Shown here in pieces: positions 62,392 to 64,000 of a stretch of 64,000 bases of DNA. Within the stretch, counting starts at the first letter, position 1. Each line of letters starts with the position of its first letter. The stretch is from assembly GCA_963833425.1 (NCBI GenBank), contig CAWHXP010000003.1:544001-608000 (forward strand), written 5' to 3'. The notes beneath the pieces were generated by a model that saw only the letters and a program-made list of their open reading frames with translations, searched no databases and was not told the DNA's origin. The stretch comes from an uncultured Methanosarcinaceae archaeon (GTDB taxonomy: Archaea > Halobacteriota > Methanosarcinia > Methanosarcinales > Methanosarcinaceae). A program made the position numbers and the translations under genes.

Positions 62392-63679
62392 ATGGTTGTC
62401 TTAAAATCAATGGGACTCTATGTTGCAAATTCAATTGGTGTTGGAGCTATGATTGGAGCTGAAATTTTTTCTATTTTCGGGACAGCTGTAAAAATTTCGG
62501 GAAACGCAGTATATATTTCTTTTATCATCGCAGGGATAGTTGCTCTTTTAAACGCTTATTCCTGTGCAAAGCTCGCTGTCAGAATTCATTCTGCTGGCGG
62601 ACTTGTAGAATTTCTCCTAAAAGGATTTGGAGACGGCGTTTTGAGTGGTGGATTAAACATTTTACTGTGGGTGAGTTATGTTTTTGTACTTGCCCTTTAT
62701 TCCAAAGGCTTTTCTTTTATGCAATAACTTTTCTACCTCCAGATTCGGCACAAATATGGGGAAAAGTTTTTGCAACTGTAATTATCCTAATCTTTACTAT
62801 CATAAATTTCATTGGAGCCAAAGCCGTAGGAAAATCGGAGTTATTTATTGTTTCGATAAAATTTGCATATTATTTCTTTTTGCAGCTGCTGGGATTGCTT
62901 GCATGAATACGGAAAATCTCGCAATTTCTACATGGCCAACTTCCAAAAGCATCCTTTTCATTCAGGCATAGTATTTCTTGCATACCAGGGCTTCGAATTG
63001 ATAACCAATGCTGCAGAATATGTCAGTAACCCAGAAATCACTCTTCCAAAAGCACTTTACCTAAATGTTGTGCTTGTCACTTTTATCTATGTATTAGTCA
63101 GCCTAATGGTAATCGGAAATCTTTCAATTTCCGAGATTGAAAATTCAAAAGATTATGCACTTGCAGCAGCATTAAAACCTTTTCTGGGAGTTATAGGTTT
63201 TAAAATCATGGCTTTTGCTGCCCTAATTTCAACTTCTTCAGCAATAAATGCCGCTCTTTACGGAGGGCAAACATAAATTATCTGCTTAAAAGGAAGGACA
63301 GCTACCTGCATTTTTTGAGAGAAAAGTGTGGAAAAAAAGCACAGAAGGTCTATTTATTACATCAAGCCTTGTAATCCTTGTCTCTAACTCTCTCTCCAGT
63401 GACTGAATAGGCATGCTCGTGAGTACTTCCTTACTCATAATTTACATAGCTGTTAACGCTTCTCATCTACTCCTATTAAAAGAAACTGGAGCAAGACCCT
63501 GGATAATTTAGACTTTGCTTCTAAGCAGCTTGATTTTCTTTGGAGTGCTTGTATATTACGAATTTGCTAATTCGAAGCTCACTCTGGTACTGCTTATAAT
63601 CACGATTTTTTTCTGCTTCTCTGCAGAATGGATTTATAGAAAGTCTTCTGGCAGATCAATAAAGGCAAGGACTGATTAA
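62392..63679 (+). pseudogene. APC-family amino acid permease, disrupted
   Basis: GAMIGAEIFS, SAGG and FLAYQGFE motifs; four or more frameshifts or stops. Confidence 0.85.
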
Positions 63680-64000
63680 CTGTGTAGAAAAATTTTTGAA
63701 TATTCAATTATAGGTAATGGAGTTAGATTATTGATCAAATACGATTAAACGAGCACATCAACCTTATTTAAGAGCCATTCTTGCAGTTATTGTTTTGAAG
63801 TAACTAACCAAATGACCTCTTTCAAACCCGTATATTCCGAAGAGTAAAACTATATATTTTATAAAAACAAATTTCCAAGTGTGGTCACTTTTCAACTGAA
63901 AAAATATTTTCAACCACAAAGCACATGCACATTGTTTTTTGGATAGTCATTCTCTACCTCATAATGAGCCTTTTGGGCTTATATCAAAATTCATACTAGA

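Overview
AT-rich archaeal chromosome segment, most likely Methanosarcina/Methanosarcinaceae; this is inferred from gene content (PolB, NreA, aIF1/SUI1, DUF356, YVTN beta-propeller, IS5/IS6/IS200/IS1634 elements). Intact genes include a 5-oxoprolinase/hydantoinase fusion, ade, nreA, aIF1, a sulfonate-type ABC pair, aroA, a Toprim protein, DUF167, DUF356, an AbrB-PhoU regulator, polB, a TlyA-like methyltransferase, a YVTN protein and kdpABC. They sit among many decaying accessory genes and IS debris. Most notable: (1) a GC-richer, pseudogenised three-gene nitrogenase-like (Group IV-type D-K-H) cluster at 7.2-10.5 kb, bracketed by two copies of an ABC-exporter operon; (2) an eroded thymidylate synthase gene next to aroA that the ORF track misses; (3) a candidate structured ncRNA with its own TATA box at about 32.2 kb; (4) a family of ~90-bp MITEs with IS5-type ends, two of which flank a protease gene; (5) an inverted partial duplication of the kdp upstream region and kdpA, plus a kdpD truncated after about 27 codons; (6) a probable non-canonical (ATT/CTG) start for the PhoU regulator. 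All family assignments come from motif recognition by eye; no searches were run. Boundaries of degenerate remnants are approximate.
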